In this document: positions 61,901 through 64,000 of the stretch, piece by piece
Layout of the letters: each line of letters opens with the position of its first letter
How positions within the stretch are numbered: the first letter of the stretch is position 1
Assembly: GCA_032718475.1 (NCBI GenBank)
Contig: JAUCBJ010006915.1
Location: forward strand, 62,001 to 126,000
Length of the DNA stretch: 64,000 nucleotides
Reading direction: 5' to 3'
Source of the DNA: Nemertoderma westbladi
Taxonomy: Eukaryota; Animalia; Xenacoelomorpha
The notes under the pieces: model-generated
Database searches by the model: none
Told to the model about the DNA's origin: nothing
Seen by the model: only the letters and a program-made list of their open reading frames with translations
Made by a program: the position numbers and the translations under genes

Positions 61901-64000
61901 AGGGAGAAAATTCCCGTAATTCAAACCCGCTTGTACAGTGTTGTACTTTTAATGCTCAGTCATTGGGTAACAAACTATTGGATCTTGAACTGTTTTTATC
62001 CGATTCAAGATGTGACTTAATCGGTATTACCGAATCGTGGTTAACTGATGATATTACCGACGAGATGTTAAGTGGCGATGGGAAATTTAATGTGTATAGA
62101 AATGACCGTACTACTAGAGGTGGCGGTGTGGTCTTACTTGTTAAAAAAGAAATAATTGCTATAAAGGTTCCCCTAAATAACATGAAGTATGGTAGCGATA
62201 TTGAAGTTGTTGCAGTAGATTTACTAAGTAACACTCCATCTCGTGTAATATGTGCATATAGATCGCCATCTTCTAGTATAGATACTGATACCCGTTTTTG
62301 TAAATATTTATCAGATTTATGTGAGGTACAGTACCCAGTCGCACTCTGTGGTGATTTTAATCTCAGACTATTTGACTGGCAAACAAATTCACACCCAGAC
62401 AGTCCATTGTATAATCTATTTGCAAACTTTATCCTGGATAATGGTTTAACTCAATTACAGTACAACCCCACACGATTGAGTAGTGTTCTTGATTTGGTGT
62501 TTACGTCAGATGAGTTATTTATTTCTAATGTTCATGTTTCTGCTGGTTTAGGTACGAGTGATCACGATGGATCAGTATTTTTTAGCATTTTCACCCCGCA
62601 ACCGGAAACTTATGATGACCGCGATTTTTATTATGATTTTAAAAATGCAGATTATGTAAACTTTTCTAGATTTGTTGATAATAATAATTGGGTATCCGAG
62701 TATGAATCATGTATATCTGTTAATGACTACTGGACAACATTTAGTAATATTTTAAAATCTGGTATAGAACGTTTTGTTCCTCGAATTTTACTGCGAAAGT
62801 CAAATAAGAGATCATATCCGGCTTACGTACGAACTCTTCAAAAAAGAAAAAAAATAGCGTGGCGGCGAAGACACACTGTAGATGGCCAGGCCGAATACAA
62901 AAGGTGTGCCAAAGCAGCTTCAAAGGCGGTTTACCGTGCCGCATGTATTCGTGAAAATAAGATACTAAGTTCTGGTAAGTCGGATGCAATTTTCTCTTAC
63001 GTAAATTCAAAGCGTAACAATCGAGCTGGTATTTCCGCTTTTAAGTACAATGGTAGTATTATTGTTGACGATTGCGCGAGAGCTAATATACTTGCAAGTG
63101 TGTTTACAGAAAATTTCACCACTGATGATAATGTTTTGCCAAATTTTACCAATAAAGTATCTTCTAGTGTGCATATATCGAATATAGACTTTTCACCTGT
63201 TAATGTTTTTTCAGTTCTTCGTAAATTAGAGCCTAAATTAAGCAGAACTCCTGATGGTTTACCATGTTACATATTTTCTAAACTGGCGCGTTGTCTGGCG
63301 GCTCCTTTATCTGTAATTTTTAAGGTATCATTTGAATCACACACTTTACCCGACATATGGCGTACAGCCGATATTATACCCTTATTTAAAAAGGGAGATC
63401 CAACTGATCCTTACAATTATCGTCCCATATCACTTACTTGTATTGGTTGTAAAATAATGGAATTATGTATAAAAACAGAATTGCTTGATTATCTACTGAC
63501 AAACCATATAATAACAAAGTCTCAACATGGTTTCATGAAGAGACGGTCTACATGTACACAACTTTTGGAATCTACAAACCATTGGTACAAACAGCTTGAT
63601 AATCGCAATTCCGTTGATATAATTTATGTAGATCTAGCTAAGGCCTTTGACTCTGTGGTACATAACAAGTTGGTGCATAAGTTGTCTTGCTATGGTATAT
63701 CAGGTAATTTATTATTATGGATTAGGGCTTTTCTTTCCAATCGCACGCAACGCGTGGTTGTTGGAAATCAGCATTCGATAACTTGTGACGTCATTTCCGG
63801 CACCCCCCAGGGTAGTGTATTGGGTCCCCTTCTCTTCCTGTTGTTTGTAAACGACCTGCCAGACATAATTAGTCCAGTTACCTGTCAGCTGTTTGCCGAC
63901 GATTTGAAAATGTATGCGAAGAGTGATGATAGTCATCTTTTAATTTCAGCTATTCAGAGGTTGGAATTGTGGACCAAAAACTGGCAGCTTAAAATAGCAG
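61876..64000 (+). CDS. CR1-type LINE ORF2 (APE endonuclease + RT), open to the window edge
   Basis: All motifs lie in one frame: FNAQSL, ITESWL, YRNDR..GGGV, YRSP, GDFN, LDLVF, SDHD, RPISLT, SQHGF, DLAKAFDSV, PQGSVLGPLLF and LFADD. No stop was seen in the stretches translated by hand. Confidence 0.93.

Overview
This is a eukaryotic (metazoan, probably invertebrate) window made mostly of stacked transposable elements, with two probable host genes. Retroelements: two head-to-head BEL/Pao LTR copies (1-3601 on -, about 6847-12637 on +), a degraded GalEa-type Copia (19330-31180, -) whose RT is split by a pol-less BEL element (20523-28091, TSD TGTGA), two RTE LINE copies (one flanked by a ~340-360 bp direct repeat), another truncated LINE, two tRNA-derived SINEs and an apparently intact CR1-type LINE running off the right edge. 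DNA transposons: intron-containing Academ-like remnants and many non-autonomous elements (piggyBac-, Tc1/mariner-, IS3EU-, MULE-, hAT-, Harbinger- and EnSpm-like), including two multi-level nests. Host genes: a 511-aa six-finger C2H2 protein (50755-52290, -) and, as the most striking item, an uninterrupted 860-aa ORF (39365-41947, +). That ORF joins a Pro/Gln-rich 52-aa higher-order repeat to four tandem cold-shock-like domains. The first domain is clearly LIN28-like, the other three carry an LCxC insertion, and there are no CCHC knuckles. All family calls come from motif recognition by eye; no database search was run.
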